A DNA stretch of 63,833 nt, the filler included, from Intoshia linei (Eukaryota > Animalia > Orthonectida), in assembly GCA_001642005.1 (NCBI GenBank). It is 5 parts of 5 records of this genome, joined end to end, with 100 filler letters (N's around TTAATTAATTAA, not from the genome) between each part and the next. Parts side by side here need not be neighbours in the genome. Positions count along the whole stretch, not along the records: positions 62,503 to 63,833 come from LWCA01002669.1; 4 more parts are not named here. One strand, written 5' to 3'. A model generated the notes under the pieces. It saw only the letters and a list, made by a program, of their open reading frames with translations. It was not told the DNA's origin and searched no databases. A program made the translations under genes and the position numbers. Every line of letters starts with the position of its first letter. The first letter of the stretch is position 1. Positions 62,503 through 63,833 of the stretch are shown piece after piece.

Positions 62503-63801
62503 ATATGCTGTCAGGTCAATGAGTTGAATACACCACTGACGTATTGTCCATACCGGAACATTGAAAGATTGAACGAGTTTGAATAGAGACATGCCGTGGA
62601 CATATTGTCGGGTTACTCCAATCGTTAAAGACCAATAATTCTCCAAAATAAAAATGGATCGATAACTACACCAATTTGAATGGTTCAATTTGGACAAGCG
62701 TTGCAGAGATGCAGTAACTAATTTGAGCATATACATTAATGCATCAAATTCAATAGATTTTTCGAAAGGTAAAGGACGTATCAGTTTGTCAAGAAACCAT
62801 TCAGAAATTACTTGAAATTCGTCCAAGTTACTTTTATTCATATTGTTTATTTCACTCACGGATCCCAGTGTAAGGGAATTTAATCCACCAAATGGTATTT
62901 TTATCGAATTTGGACCATTGGTAACTAAATTTCCAGACTCGGAAAAATTTCCGGATGGGGTTGATTTACAGTTAAATGTTTTCACCTTTAATATACAATT
63001 TAAGCGGTCTTCCCGTGCAAGAGAACACTCTTCATTGTTTTCATTATCCTCGTTTGTAAACACAGACAAAGACACGTTACGAATACGTGTTCTTCGTATA
63101 AGGATTTCATTTTCATTGTCTGAAGTGTCTTGAGTAATACCATCAGCATCAACGTCATCATCCACACTAGGTTCGTATTCTTTTAGAGTCCCCGATTCAT
63201 AACGACCAACATTTTGAAAGTCGTTGTTACCTTCCAATAAGTCTTTAATTTGTTTTTTGTATATGTTATAAAGATTCTTTAGCGTCTTGCCCAAGCTTTT
63301 CTCTGCTTTTAAATAGAGTTTGATTAAATTACCGGTATTATTAGATAAATCGTTCCATAAGATAATCATTTCCAGTACAATAGTTTGATAGATATCATTA
63401 ATCATAGTTTGGCTAATGTTTTCTGCTTGATCAATGCAAGTTTCAATTAAAACTGGAAATGTATTGACAAAAAAACAAATACATGCACCAGGGCAAGTAA
63501 TAGGGTAATTTTCATCAATTTTTAACTTGCAATAAATTCTAACATTTTCGTAATTTTCACCGAGAGATAAATCGTGGACCATTTCCTCCAACGTATTCAC
63601 ATTTTTACAATCCAACATTTTTGAAATTTCTTTGGGTACATTTTCTCCAAATACATGTGGAATTTTCATCAAATTTTGACATTGAGCTATATAGTACAGT
63701 ACATTAAAGTGGTCGCATTTGTTTAGTTTCAACCATAAATGAGTTTCATTCAATTTTTCATCAATGTAAACAGTTAAATCTTGGTTGTATATGCATTCCA
63801 A
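62503..63801 (-). CDS. EIF2AK4: N-terminal part of a GCN2-like eIF2-alpha kinase (RWD-like region plus pseudokinase start), truncated by a gap
   Basis: NYPITCP (RWD YPxxxP); SKLNHSNWCSY...YVHGMSL...VPVWTIRQWCIQLIDLTAY parallels GCN2 KLSHPNVVRY...ISGVSL...IPVHQLRRYTAQLLSGLDY. Confidence 0.65.
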
Positions 63802-63833
63802 GGCAAAAATTTCCTTTTCTACAGTATAGCCAA

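Overview
Very AT-rich eukaryotic (metazoan) genomic scaffold with compact genes. Most introns are about 30-55 nt; a minority are 0.3-2.5 kb and packed with MITEs and transposon relics. The architecture resembles the orthonectid Intoshia, but that taxon is an inference. In order: a deleted Ty3/Gypsy element with PPT and 3' LTR; diacylglycerol kinase theta (+); CFAP73/CCDC42 (-); mitochondrial Lon (+); SAS-6 (-); WDR4/TRM82 (+); an RRM/RS-rich protein (+); ILRUN (+); ETFRF1/LYRM5 (+); a small orphan (-); TUSC3/MAGT1 (+, partial); Tc1, hAT and IS630-like transposase relics; TAPT1 (+); a cryptic NPF/NPY-type neuropeptide precursor (+); DYDC (-); mitochondrial aconitase (-); Rab33 (+, partial); PDZ-GEF RAPGEF2/6 (-); and the N-terminus of a GCN2-like kinase (-). 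There are four 100-base scaffold gaps with an artificial TTAATTAATTAA linker. Most notable: (1) the NPF precursor, whose amidation exon (G TTT GGA TAA) lies 2.5 kb downstream behind an apparently non-canonical AT...AG intron; (2) same-strand gene pairs about 80 bp apart with a poly(A) signal and a 3' acceptor between them (candidate operons/trans-splicing); (3) a SAS-6 head-loop insertion; (4) nested MITE stacks inflating otherwise tiny introns. All family calls are by manual motif recognition; no searches were run.
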